NCBI GenBank assembly: GCA_027730505.1
Contig: JAQCGT010000001.1
Location: 1 to 62,304 of the forward strand
Origin: Actinomycetota bacterium
GTDB taxonomy: Bacteria > Actinomycetota > Acidimicrobiia > Acidimicrobiales > Ilumatobacteraceae
DNA: 62,304 nucleotides
Direction of reading: 5' to 3'
The notes under the pieces were generated by a model that worked only from the letters and a program-made list of their open reading frames with translations, ran no database searches and was not told the origin of the DNA. The translations under genes and the position numbers were made by a program. Below are positions 19,911-27,732 of the stretch, in pieces (within the stretch, counting starts at the first letter, position 1; each line of letters starts with the position of its first letter).

Positions 19911-21244
19911 CACGTCGACCCTCAGTGCTGTGGTTTCGTCGAGATCTTCGGCTCATCGACCACACCGCACTTCAACGGGCCTGCGCAGAGGGTCCGGTGC
20001 TTCCGCTTTTCATCGTCGACCCTGCGTTCGATCGGGCTGGTGAGCGCCGACGTGCGGTGATGGGGGAGATGCTGCGCAGCCTCGATCGACAGTTGGGCGG
20101 ATCGTTGGTGGTGCGGCGAGGAGATCCGGCTCAGGTCGTGGCAGAGGTTGCCAACGCGGTTGGGGCTGCCGAGGTGCACGTGACGAGGGACCACGCTCCG
20201 TACGGACATCGACGCGATGCTGCCGTTGCCGAGGCGTTGCGATCGGTCGGCTGCCGTCTCGTCGGCACGGGAACGAACCTCGTGCTGGCACCGGGTTCGG
20301 TCACCAAGGACGACGGCGGTTCGTATTCGGTGTTCACCCCATTCCGACGCCGCTGGTCGACCGTCCATGCAAGTGTCGCGTCACCGCTCGCGCCGGCACC
20401 GACGGATACCGAATGGGTCACCCTCGATGGGCTGGATCTTGCCTCAAACGGGCCATGGGGTCTTGCAGTAGATGATCTGGTCGTTGATCAAGCGATGGTC
20501 CACACCGATACCGCATCTGCGCTGAAGCGTTGGGAGGCATTCCGCCACAGTGGCCTCGCCTCGTACGAGGAGGACCGTGACCGCCCGTCAATCGACGGCA
20601 CGAGTGGGCTGTCGTCGGCACTGAGATTCGGGCTTGTCCACCCCGCCCGCCTCCTGGCCGATCTGGAGCCCGGGAATCCGAGTCACGATGTCTTCGAGAG
20701 CGAACTCGCCTGGCGGGATTTCTATGCCGATGTGCTCTTTCGTCGACCCGACTCAGCATGGGCCAACCTCGATCGGCGCCTCGACAGAATCGCCCTCGAC
20801 ACTGATGCGGCCGCACATGAGCGTTTCAGGCGCTGGTGCGAGGGAACGACCGGCTTCCCGATCGTCGATGCCGGGATGCGACAACTCGCGGCCATGGGCT
20901 GGATGCACAATCGCGTTCGAATGATCACGGCGAGTTTTCTTGTGAAGGACCTGCATCTGCCCTGGCAGTGGGGCGCCCGATGGTTCCTCACCCACCTCGT
21001 CGATGGTGACATCGCCTCGAACAATCATGGTTGGCAGTGGGCCGCAGGGACCGGCACCGACGCCGCCCCGTACTTCAGGGTGTTCAATCCAACAGCGCAG
21101 GCTGAGCGCTTCGACCCTGACGGCGCATACCGTGCTCGTTGGCTTCCAGAGCTCGGCACCGGCCGCTATCCGGCGCCGATGGTCGATCATGCTGCCGAGC
21201 GTGCTGAGGCGCTTCGGCGTTACGAGGCAGCACGGGCGTCCTAG
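19907..21244 (+). CDS. phr: Deoxyribodipyrimidine photolyase / cryptochrome family
   Basis: The GTG start overlaps the MFS stop (GTGA). Motifs LWFRRDLRL, SELAWRDFY, TGFPIVDAGMRQL, WMHNRVRM, NNHGWQW and PYFRVFNP. Confidence 0.9.
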   Translation: MTRRPSVLWFRRDLRLIDHTALQRACAEGPVLPLFIVDPAFDRAGERRRAVMGEMLRSLDRQLGGSLVVRRGDPAQVVAEVANAVGAAEVHVTRDHAPYGHRRDAAVAEALRSVGCRLVGTGTNLVLAPGSVTKDDGGSYSVFTPFRRRWSTVHASVASPLAPAPTDTEWVTLDGLDLASNGPWGLAVDDLVVDQAMVHTDTASALKRWEAFRHSGLASYEEDRDRPSIDGTSGLSSALRFGLVHPARLLADLEPGNPSHDVFESELAWRDFYADVLFRRPDSAWANLDRRLDRIALDTDAAAHERFRRWCEGTTGFPIVDAGMRQLAAMGWMHNRVRMITASFLVKDLHLPWQWGARWFLTHLVDGDIASNNHGWQWAAGTGTDAAPYFRVFNPTAQAERFDPDGAYRARWLPELGTGRYPAPMVDHAAERAEALRRYEAARAS

Positions 21245-21267
21245 CAGTCGGTATCCTCGAGTGCCAG
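21241..21267 (+). promoter_or_regulatory. CIRCE-like inverted repeat (candidate HrcA operator) directly in front of hrcA
   Basis: cTAGCAgTC-N9-GAGTGCcAg against the consensus TTAGCACTC-N9-GAGTGCTAA. That is 7/9 plus 7/9 matches with the exact 9-nt spacer. It overlaps the phr stop codon and abuts the hrcA ATG. Confidence 0.45.
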
Positions 21268-22266
21268 ATGCTCGACGACCGCAAGACCGCGATTCTCAGT
21301 GCCGTCGTACAGGAGTACATCACGACGGCGCAGCCAGTGGGTTCCACCCACATCGCTGCCGCGCCCGGCGTCGGGGTGTCATCAGCCACAGTTCGCAATG
21401 AGATGGCGGTGCTCGAACAAGAGGGGTACCTCGTCCAGCCCCACACGTCGGCCGGCCGGATTCCGACGGACAAGGGATACCGCTTCTTCGTCGATCACCT
21501 CGCCGCCCCGGGACGTCTCGATGCTGTTCGTTCTGCTCAGGTCGGTGACTTCTTCTCAGCTGCGCATGGTCGCCTCGAGGAGATGTTGCACCGCACGTCG
21601 GACCTTCTCGCCCGGTTGACCAACTCGGCAGCGCTTGTGGTCGGCCCGAGACCGGCCGTTGTGGAGGTGCGCAGCATTCAGGTGGTCGGACTGTCGTCGA
21701 CCCACGCCACGGTGGTCGTCGTGTTCTCGAATGGCGTCGTCGCAAGTGAGGTGGTTGAACTCCCCGGTGGCTGCGAGGAGTCTCATCTCGCCACGGCGGC
21801 GGCGCACCTGTCTGGTTGCCTTGTCGGTCGGATGCTGTCCGCGGTTTCGACCGTGGAGGACTCCGGTGACGAACTCATCGATCAGCTCTGCGTCCGGGCT
21901 CTCGCTGCAATCGTCGAGGTGTCATCCGACGATCATGTCTATGTCGGCGGTACGTCGACGATCGCCGAGTCGTTCGATGCGGTGGAAGTGGTGCGCAATG
22001 TGTTGCACACCCTCGAGCAGCAGTTCGTCGTCGTCACACTTGTGCGTGACATCCTCGACCGTGGAATGAGCGTTGCGATCGGGGTGGAGCACGGTGTTGA
22101 GCCGCTGTCAGCGTGTTCAGTTGTAGTCGCGCCCGTTGTCGTCGATGGCGAGCACCTCGGATCGATCGGCGTGCTCGGCCCGACGAGGATGAACTATCCC
22201 CAGGCGCTTGCGACCGTCGGTGTGGTCAGCGAGCGCCTCGGTGAGCGCCTCGGAGAGAGTGGATAG
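21268..22266 (+). CDS. hrcA: Heat-inducible transcription repressor HrcA
   Basis: The N-terminus MLDDRKTAILSAVVQEYITTAQPVGS...SSATVRNEMAVLEQEGYL..PHTSAGRIPTDKGYR is the canonical HrcA winged-helix region. Confidence 0.9.
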   Translation: MLDDRKTAILSAVVQEYITTAQPVGSTHIAAAPGVGVSSATVRNEMAVLEQEGYLVQPHTSAGRIPTDKGYRFFVDHLAAPGRLDAVRSAQVGDFFSAAHGRLEEMLHRTSDLLARLTNSAALVVGPRPAVVEVRSIQVVGLSSTHATVVVVFSNGVVASEVVELPGGCEESHLATAAAHLSGCLVGRMLSAVSTVEDSGDELIDQLCVRALAAIVEVSSDDHVYVGGTSTIAESFDAVEVVRNVLHTLEQQFVVVTLVRDILDRGMSVAIGVEHGVEPLSACSVVVAPVVVDGEHLGSIGVLGPTRMNYPQALATVGVVSERLGERLGESG

Positions 22267-22268
22267 CG

Positions 22269-23396
22269 ATGGCCGACTACTACGACCTGCTGGGGGTCGA
22301 CCGATCGGCGACGGCCGATGAGATCAAGAAGGCCTATCGCCGCCGGGCCCGTGAACTACACCCTGACGCAAACCCTGATGATCCAGCGGCCGAGGAGCGC
22401 TTCAAAGAACTTGCAACGGCCTATCAGGTGCTGTCGGATGATCAACAGCGCGCCCGCTACGACCGCTTCGGTGAGGCGGGAGTCGCTGGTGCCGGGGGTG
22501 GCGCCGGTGCTGAGGATCTCTTCGGCTCAGGATTGGGCGACATCTTCGACGCGTTCTTCGGAGGCGGCTCAGGCTTCGGCGGGGGTGGACGTCGGGGGCC
22601 GACGGGCCCGCCGCGAGGTCAGGACATGGAGGTCGTGATCGACCTCGACTTCGATCAGGCGGTGTTCGGGGCTGAGGTGCCGGTGACGCTCAAGTTGCCA
22701 CAACGCTGTGACGATTGCAGCGGCACTGGTGCCGGCGAGGGAACGAAGCCGGTCACCTGTGTCGACTGCAACGGAACCGGTCAGGTTCGTCGAGTGCGCC
22801 AGAGTGTGCTCGGCCAGATGGTGACGACTGCGCCGTGTGGCCGCTGCGGTGGTATCGGGGAGGTCATCGCCACCCCGTGTCAGACCTGTCGGGGTGATGG
22901 CCGAGTCACGCTTGACAAGACCTATCAGGTCGACGTTCCTGCTGGTGTCGACACCGGGGCGACGTTGCGCCTCACGCAGCGCGGTGCTGCGGGGCCTCGT
23001 GGCGGCTCTGCAGGTGATTTGTACGTGCACATCCGAGTTGCTCCTCACGCTCGCTACGAACGCGACGGCATCGATCTCGTGACCCGAGTGCCGGTGTCGA
23101 TCGCTCAGGCTGCGCTTGGGACACGCCTTGACCTCCCGACCCTTGACGGTGACGAGGAACTCTCGATCCCAGCCGGAACTCAGCCTGGCCACGAGTTCGT
23201 GCTGCGTCAGCGCGGCGTGCCACGGCTTCAGGGACGAGGGCGAGGCGATCTTCGAGTGGTGGTCGACGTGATCGTGCCGACCAACCTGACGGACGCGGAG
23301 ACCGAGTTGTTGCAGCGCTTCGCCGAGGGTCGTTCAGAGGAGGTTGGTTCCTCTGGTGGCGGATTGTTCTCCCGCATCCGCTCCGCCTTCTCCTGA
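22269..23396 (+). CDS. dnaJ: Molecular chaperone DnaJ
   Basis: J-domain with HPD (ELHPDANPDD), a G/F-rich linker and four CxxCxGxG zinc-finger repeats (CDDCSGTG, CVDCNGTG, CGRCGGIG, CQTCRGDG). Confidence 0.95.
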   Translation: MADYYDLLGVDRSATADEIKKAYRRRARELHPDANPDDPAAEERFKELATAYQVLSDDQQRARYDRFGEAGVAGAGGGAGAEDLFGSGLGDIFDAFFGGGSGFGGGGRRGPTGPPRGQDMEVVIDLDFDQAVFGAEVPVTLKLPQRCDDCSGTGAGEGTKPVTCVDCNGTGQVRRVRQSVLGQMVTTAPCGRCGGIGEVIATPCQTCRGDGRVTLDKTYQVDVPAGVDTGATLRLTQRGAAGPRGGSAGDLYVHIRVAPHARYERDGIDLVTRVPVSIAQAALGTRLDLPTLDGDEELSIPAGTQPGHEFVLRQRGVPRLQGRGRGDLRVVVDVIVPTNLTDAETELLQRFAEGRSEEVGSSGGGLFSRIRSAFS

Positions 23397-23402
23397 CGGC
23401 AT

Positions 23403-24068
23403 GTGATGGACGATCGTCTCCGCCGCTCCGCTGCTCACGTCCTGGTCAACGACCTTGATTCGTGTGATCTCGATGACATCGCTGACCACCATTTGCGTCG
23501 GGTACTTCGGCTGCGAGGCGGCGAGTCCGTCACTCTGACCGACGGACGGGGCAGGTGGCGCGCAGCGTGCTGGACAACCTCTGGGGTCGAACCGGTTGGC
23601 GAGACCGTCACCGTCGAGCGAGTACCGGAGATTGCGGTGGCGCTTGCGATTCCGAAGCAGGACAAGCCCGAATGGACGGTGTCCAAGCTCGTCGAGTGCG
23701 GGGTGGACCGAATCATCTTGTTGAACTGCGAGCGATCGGTGGTCCGTTGGGACGCCGGGCGATCGGAGCGCAATGTAGAGCGGTTGGAACGTGTTGCTCG
23801 ATCAGCGCTCGAGCAGTCACGGCGTGTGCACCGTTGTGTGATCGAAGGCCCGGTGTCGGCGAGCGCAGTACTGCCCGAGGCGGTGGCGGCCGAACCGGGT
23901 GGCCGACATCTCGAGGCAGGGGATCGATTAGTGGCGATCGGCCCAGAGGGTGGCTGGTCGCCATCGGAACTGGAGTTGGCACACGATCGTGTCGATCTCG
24001 GTACAACGGTGTTGCGGGTCGAGACCGCCGCGCTCGTCGCCGCTGTCACCATGACCGGAATGCGCTGA
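23403..24068 (+). CDS. rsmE: 16S rRNA (uracil1498-N3)-methyltransferase RsmE
   Basis: 221 aa with HHLRRVLRL near the N-terminus and a C-terminal IGPEGGWS...LG..VLR.ETA SPOUT knot motif. The start is GTG 23403 or ATG 23406. Confidence 0.85.
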   Translation: MMDDRLRRSAAHVLVNDLDSCDLDDIADHHLRRVLRLRGGESVTLTDGRGRWRAACWTTSGVEPVGETVTVERVPEIAVALAIPKQDKPEWTVSKLVECGVDRIILLNCERSVVRWDAGRSERNVERLERVARSALEQSRRVHRCVIEGPVSASAVLPEAVAAEPGGRHLEAGDRLVAIGPEGGWSPSELELAHDRVDLGTTVLRVETAALVAAVTMTGMR

Positions 24069-25144
24069 TGACGGCATCGTCCGACTTCGGCGTCTACATC
24101 CATGTGCCGTTCTGCGCTCACCGTTGCGGCTATTGCGCCTTTGCGACGTGGACCGATCGCGGGCACCTCGAAGCCCGATACCTGCGAGCGGTTAGGAGCG
24201 AGATCGAGCAGGTTGCCGCCAGAGGCATGCCGCCAGCGACGTCGATCTTCGTGGGTGGTGGCACGCCGAGCCTCGTCGACCCGTCGGATCTGGCAGCGAC
24301 GATCGCGGCGGTTCCGGTGCTGCCCGGCGCTGAGGTCACGGTTGAGTGCAATCCCGATGATGTGGACCTTGCGCTACTCGAGACGCTCGCAGGCGCTGGG
24401 GTGAACCGGATCAGCCTGGGTGTTCAGTCGATGTCGTCGCACGTCCTGTCGGTGCTCGACCGGCGTCACGATCCCGCAAATGTGGTCAGAGCGGTGACGG
24501 CGATTAGCGAGTCAGGGATACCGACGTTCAACATCGACTTGATCTACGGCGCCGCTGGTGAGACAGCAAGCGACTGGGAGCGGACTGTTCGATCGGTGCT
24601 CGAACTCGAACCCCCGCATGTGTCGGCGTATGGGCTCACCGTTGAGCCGGGTACGCCCTTGGCTGAGAGTCCCGAACTCCATCCAGATGATGACGTGCTT
24701 GCGGATCGTTATGAGGTCGTCGATGAGCTACTCAGCGGCGCCGGCAGGCAGAACTACGAAGTGTCCAATTGGGCAATTCCGGGTCACGAGTGCCGGCACA
24801 ATCTCGTCTACTGGCATCAGGGTGACTACCGGGGGTTTGGTTGTGCGGCACACAGTCATCGCAGCGGTCGGCGCTGGTGGAATGTGCGAACACCGGATCG
24901 CTACACGGCGTTGGTGGAGGCTGGCGACTCAGCGGAAGCTGCGGGGGAGGACCTTGATGACGCGACCCGCGAGTTCGAAAGACTCGAACTCGCACTTCGC
25001 CTCAGAACGGGCGTCCCGATCGAGACTCTCGACGGCGATTCGCTTGCGGGTCTCGTTGAGCGGGTGGGTGATGCATGGGTGCTCACCCGTCGTGGACGGT
25101 TGATGGCCAATGAGGTGAGCACTCGCCTGCGGGTGGGTCGCTGA
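24068..25144 (+). CDS. hemW: Radical-SAM family haem chaperone HemW (HemN-like, oxygen-independent coproporphyrinogen oxidase-like)
   Basis: Start chosen at MTASSDFGVYIHVPFCAHRCGYCAF (CxxxCxxC), which overlaps the rsmE stop. Also GGGTPS and an HemN_C-like tail. Confidence 0.85.
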   Translation: MTASSDFGVYIHVPFCAHRCGYCAFATWTDRGHLEARYLRAVRSEIEQVAARGMPPATSIFVGGGTPSLVDPSDLAATIAAVPVLPGAEVTVECNPDDVDLALLETLAGAGVNRISLGVQSMSSHVLSVLDRRHDPANVVRAVTAISESGIPTFNIDLIYGAAGETASDWERTVRSVLELEPPHVSAYGLTVEPGTPLAESPELHPDDDVLADRYEVVDELLSGAGRQNYEVSNWAIPGHECRHNLVYWHQGDYRGFGCAAHSHRSGRRWWNVRTPDRYTALVEAGDSAEAAGEDLDDATREFERLELALRLRTGVPIETLDGDSLAGLVERVGDAWVLTRRGRLMANEVSTRLRVGR

Positions 25145-25191
25145 TCGGTGGTTGGGCCGGTCCAGCACGGCGCTAACATCTGAGTCGCTAC

Positions 25192-25265
25192 GGGCGCGTA
25201 GCTCAGTTGGTTAGAGCGCCACCATGACACGGTGGAGGTCCCGGGTTCGAGTCCCGTCGTGCCCA
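25192..25265 (+). tRNA. tRNA-Val (anticodon GAC)
   Basis: Cloverleaf folded by hand. The acceptor gggcgcg/cgtgccc has one G-U pair. The D-arm is gctc-agttggtta-gagc. The anticodon stem ccacc/ggtgg carries the loop aTGACac. The T-arm is ccggg-ttcgagt-cccgt, whose first pair c25241/t25257 is a mismatch. Discriminator A, no encoded CCA. Confidence 0.9.
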
Positions 25266-25468
25266 CTCGGGAGTCTCCCTGTACGCGTTTATGGGCGGTT
25301 CGTGTTCATCTTTGTATCGACAAGCGGAGGCCGCTCGCCTGCTACCGCCGGGAGCTGAGCGTGGATGACATTGACGCTTTCGGGGATTGATTTCGGTGCT
25401 CTGGCAAGGTCCAGAGCACGCTTCAGTCCTACTGGCAGACTCTCAACTTGGCCTCATCTGAACTCCCC

Positions 25469-25792
25469 CTAGAGTCCTGGGGAAGCCAAGCGGTGGCTGT
25501 CCGAGCGGCGCACGCAAGTCGCACCGGCAGCAATCGATGTGTACGTGTGGGAGCTTCTGGCCTTCTCGGTACGGTCGGGTGCGCGAACGACGTCGATCTC
25601 GAAGACACTCTCGAAATCGTTGATCTCATGTTCGATATCAGCGGTGGCGCAGAGGTGTCCACAGTTCGTCAACGTCTGTTCACAGAAGGCCCGTCCCCGC
25701 TGCCAGTGTTCCTCCCATATGGGATGGTTAGTCCAGCCTGATCCTTCGACGAACTCGTCCCTGATGTCACTGATCGCGTCAGCTCCGAACAT
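25469..25792 (-). CDS. Hypothetical small protein (weakly supported)
   Basis: 107-aa ORF divergent from the 25948 operon, with a stop codon 19 codons upstream of the ATG. The N-terminal two-thirds have protein-like composition (HPIWEEHWQRGRAFCEQTLTNCGHLC) and the C-terminus is Arg/Ser-rich. No family was recognised. Confidence 0.3.
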   Translation of the reverse strand: MFGADAISDIRDEFVEGSGWTNHPIWEEHWQRGRAFCEQTLTNCGHLCATADIEHEINDFESVFEIDVVRAPDRTEKARSSHTYTSIAAGATCVRRSDSHRLASPGL

Positions 25793-25947
25793 GACCTGGC
25801 GCTTATCCTCTGACCAGGTGCGAGGATGGCGTTTACGGATGCCACATCGCTATTTGGCGCCCCGTGACGGTGTCGCAAGACTTTCGCAAGATCGGTGTGG
25901 TGGGTTATCCGAGTTCATCCAAATGACTTAATCAATGGAGGTTTCAG

Positions 25948-26556
25948 ATGTCATTCGTCTACATCGTCGTCGCCAAAATGGGCGATGCGGAAGGTTTTGG
26001 GACAGCAGCTGAAGAATGGGCTGCAGATCGCCTCATGGAGATGGGCGCGGTCAGCTCCACGGCGACTGAGGTCATCATGGGCGGCGAGATGGCTGGGTCG
26101 GTCTTTGTCTCGTTCGAGACGGCAACTGCAGATGCTGCAATGGATCTGCAGTCAAAGATTTACGCCGATGACAAGATGGTTGCTCTCATGCGCGATACGC
26201 AGGTGCAGGTCCTGCGCCGCGGCCTGATGCGCGTGCAGGCCGACTTTGGTGTCCGCGAAGGGGCGTACTCGTCGGCGCTGTATCTCGGTGGGGGGATGGT
26301 GGACGATGCCACAGCACTGGCCAACTTCTCTCACAACTGGAGTCACGTGCAAGAGGGTGCCAACGGCTTGACAGCGATGCAAGTGGTTGCGCAGGGTCCG
26401 GCGCCGTTCACCGGTGCGGTCGCCACATGGGCCGACTCAATCGACGCACTCCTCGCTGCGTCGGCGAAGAACTTTGCTGATCCGAAGGTGCACGAGATGA
26501 TGGCAACGAGTGGCACAACGGTTCTCGGGCGAGTTCTCGGGAGACGTCTGTACTGA
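25948..26556 (+). CDS. Hypothetical protein, apparently two tandem ~100-aa alpha+beta (ferredoxin-like) halves
   Basis: GGAGG sits 8 nt upstream of the ATG. Both halves show a beta-alpha-beta-beta-alpha-beta hydrophobicity pattern (MSFVYIVVAKMGD... and YSSALYLGGGMVD...). No family was recognised. Confidence 0.55.
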   Translation: MSFVYIVVAKMGDAEGFGTAAEEWAADRLMEMGAVSSTATEVIMGGEMAGSVFVSFETATADAAMDLQSKIYADDKMVALMRDTQVQVLRRGLMRVQADFGVREGAYSSALYLGGGMVDDATALANFSHNWSHVQEGANGLTAMQVVAQGPAPFTGAVATWADSIDALLAASAKNFADPKVHEMMATSGTTVLGRVLGRRLY

Positions 26557-26843
26557 TGCTGTTCCACATCACACATACCCACACCGAGCACACTTGCCCT
26601 ATCGACAATCCGGAGCGTATGCAGTCGAGCTTTGGTGCACTATTTCCGAGCATTGCGGAGTCGTCGGTGGTGTTGGTCGGTGCATGGGTCGACCAACTTG
26701 CACACCAGATGTTTTTTGTCATCGAATCTGACGACATCACCGCCATCCAGGATGCATTCCGTCCGATCACCGATGCGGGCACGATCCGAATCCAGCCGGT
26801 TGGTGACGCCGCTGCTCGAGTAGCGCAGATCATGGATTCATGA
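26556..26843 (+). CDS. Hypothetical small alpha+beta protein (pattern reminiscent of DUF3303 / dimeric alpha-beta-barrel proteins)
   Basis: 95 aa, and its ATG overlaps the upstream TGA. It reads MLFHITHTHTEH...VGAWVDQLAHQMFFVIESDDITAIQDAF...IRIQPV. The family assignment is tentative. Confidence 0.5.
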   Translation: MLFHITHTHTEHTCPIDNPERMQSSFGALFPSIAESSVVLVGAWVDQLAHQMFFVIESDDITAIQDAFRPITDAGTIRIQPVGDAAARVAQIMDS

Positions 26844-26844
26844 G

Positions 26845-27135
26845 ATGAGTTATATGCAGATCATGGAATTCGAGATGGATCCGGCTGACGCGGTGGCGTT
26901 CATCGAGGAGTATCGCGAGGCGGCCGCAGGGCAGTCGTTCGCACGTCGAGCAATCGTGTGCGCAGATCGCGACCGGCCAGGCACTGTCGTGCAAATCATG
27001 TTCTTCGATTCGGCTGCTGATGCAGAGGCGAACAACAACCTTGAGATCACCCAGGCTGCGGCTGCTGAGTTTTCCGCTCGTGTCGGTGACGTCCGCTTCC
27101 AGAACTTGGATCTGGTGGCGGACATCACCGTCTAA
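26845..27135 (+). CDS. Hypothetical small alpha+beta protein (ABM / Dabb-like pattern)
   Basis: 96 aa, starting 1 nt after the upstream stop. It reads MSYMQIMEFEM...VVQIMFFDSAADAEANNNL...FQNLDLVADI. The family assignment is tentative. Confidence 0.5.
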   Translation: MSYMQIMEFEMDPADAVAFIEEYREAAAGQSFARRAIVCADRDRPGTVVQIMFFDSAADAEANNNLEITQAAAAEFSARVGDVRFQNLDLVADITV

Positions 27136-27650
27136 CAGGTGGATTCCTCCACATCATCGACTGTGTCGGTATTTCGACGCAGACACTCGGAGGGACTCCA
27201 TCATGAGAGAAGACACATGGAATAACGCGGGTGGGCAGATCTCCGAAGCGAGTTGGATGCACCAACTCATCGGCCTGCTCGACACGGCGACGCTCAACGC
27301 CCGACCGGTGACGTCATCGCTGGCAATGACGCGCAGACACTCCTCAACGTCTCTGCGGTTGGCGTGGCGGTGCTTGGCATTTTGACGTTCGACTGCGCCA
27401 AACAGGTGTTGATAACCCTGGCGAAGTCGATGCCAATGTCGGTGACACATGGGCCGATCAGACAACTCAACGCTGCGACACCCTTCGCGCTCTGCCGCGC
27501 AACAAACGCTTAGTTCTATGCGGCCATCGCCGTGTTCGCGATCCTCACCATGTACTGACCACTTCCAAGGGATCGACACTGCGTGATGAGTTTCGCCACA
27601 TTCTCCATTGCGGGACCGGGCCCCGCATGCCAGGGCATCGCCTTTGGATC

Positions 27651-27699
27651 ACCATGACACGGCGGAGGTGCCGTGTTCGAGTCCCGTCGTGTCCTCTCG
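27651..27699 (+). repeat. Degenerate direct copy of the 3' half of tRNA-Val (att-like scar / tRNA pseudogene fragment)
   Basis: Aligned by hand to 25221-25269, 44 of 49 positions are identical, covering the anticodon loop through the acceptor 3' strand and 4 nt beyond. No 5' half is present. Confidence 0.75.
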
Positions 27700-27732
27700 C
27701 AGAGAGTCTGAAGGATCGCAGGTCATCGCCAA

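Larger units (their letters stand above)
25266..27699. mobile_element. Putative remnant of a tRNA-targeted integrative islet (no integrase), bounded by tRNA-Val and a partial copy of its 3' half
   Basis: The direct repeat is described in the next-but-four feature. The islet has lower-GC spacers and atypical codon choice (gca/aca/gaa) compared with the flanking core genes. No recombinase ORF is present. Confidence 0.4.

Noticed and set aside
25396-25419. A perfect 9-bp hairpin, gtgctctgg-caaggt-ccagagcac, downstream of tRNA-Val.
   Set aside because: It could terminate the weak minus-strand ORF 25469-25792. However, it has no U-tract on either strand and its context is uncertain, so it is not reported as a terminator.
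25266-27699. An intact integrative/mobile element (prophage, ICE or IS).
   Set aside because: No integrase, excisionase, transposase or terminal inverted repeats were found by eye. Only the tRNA-derived direct repeat and atypical composition support a mobile origin, hence the call as a remnant.
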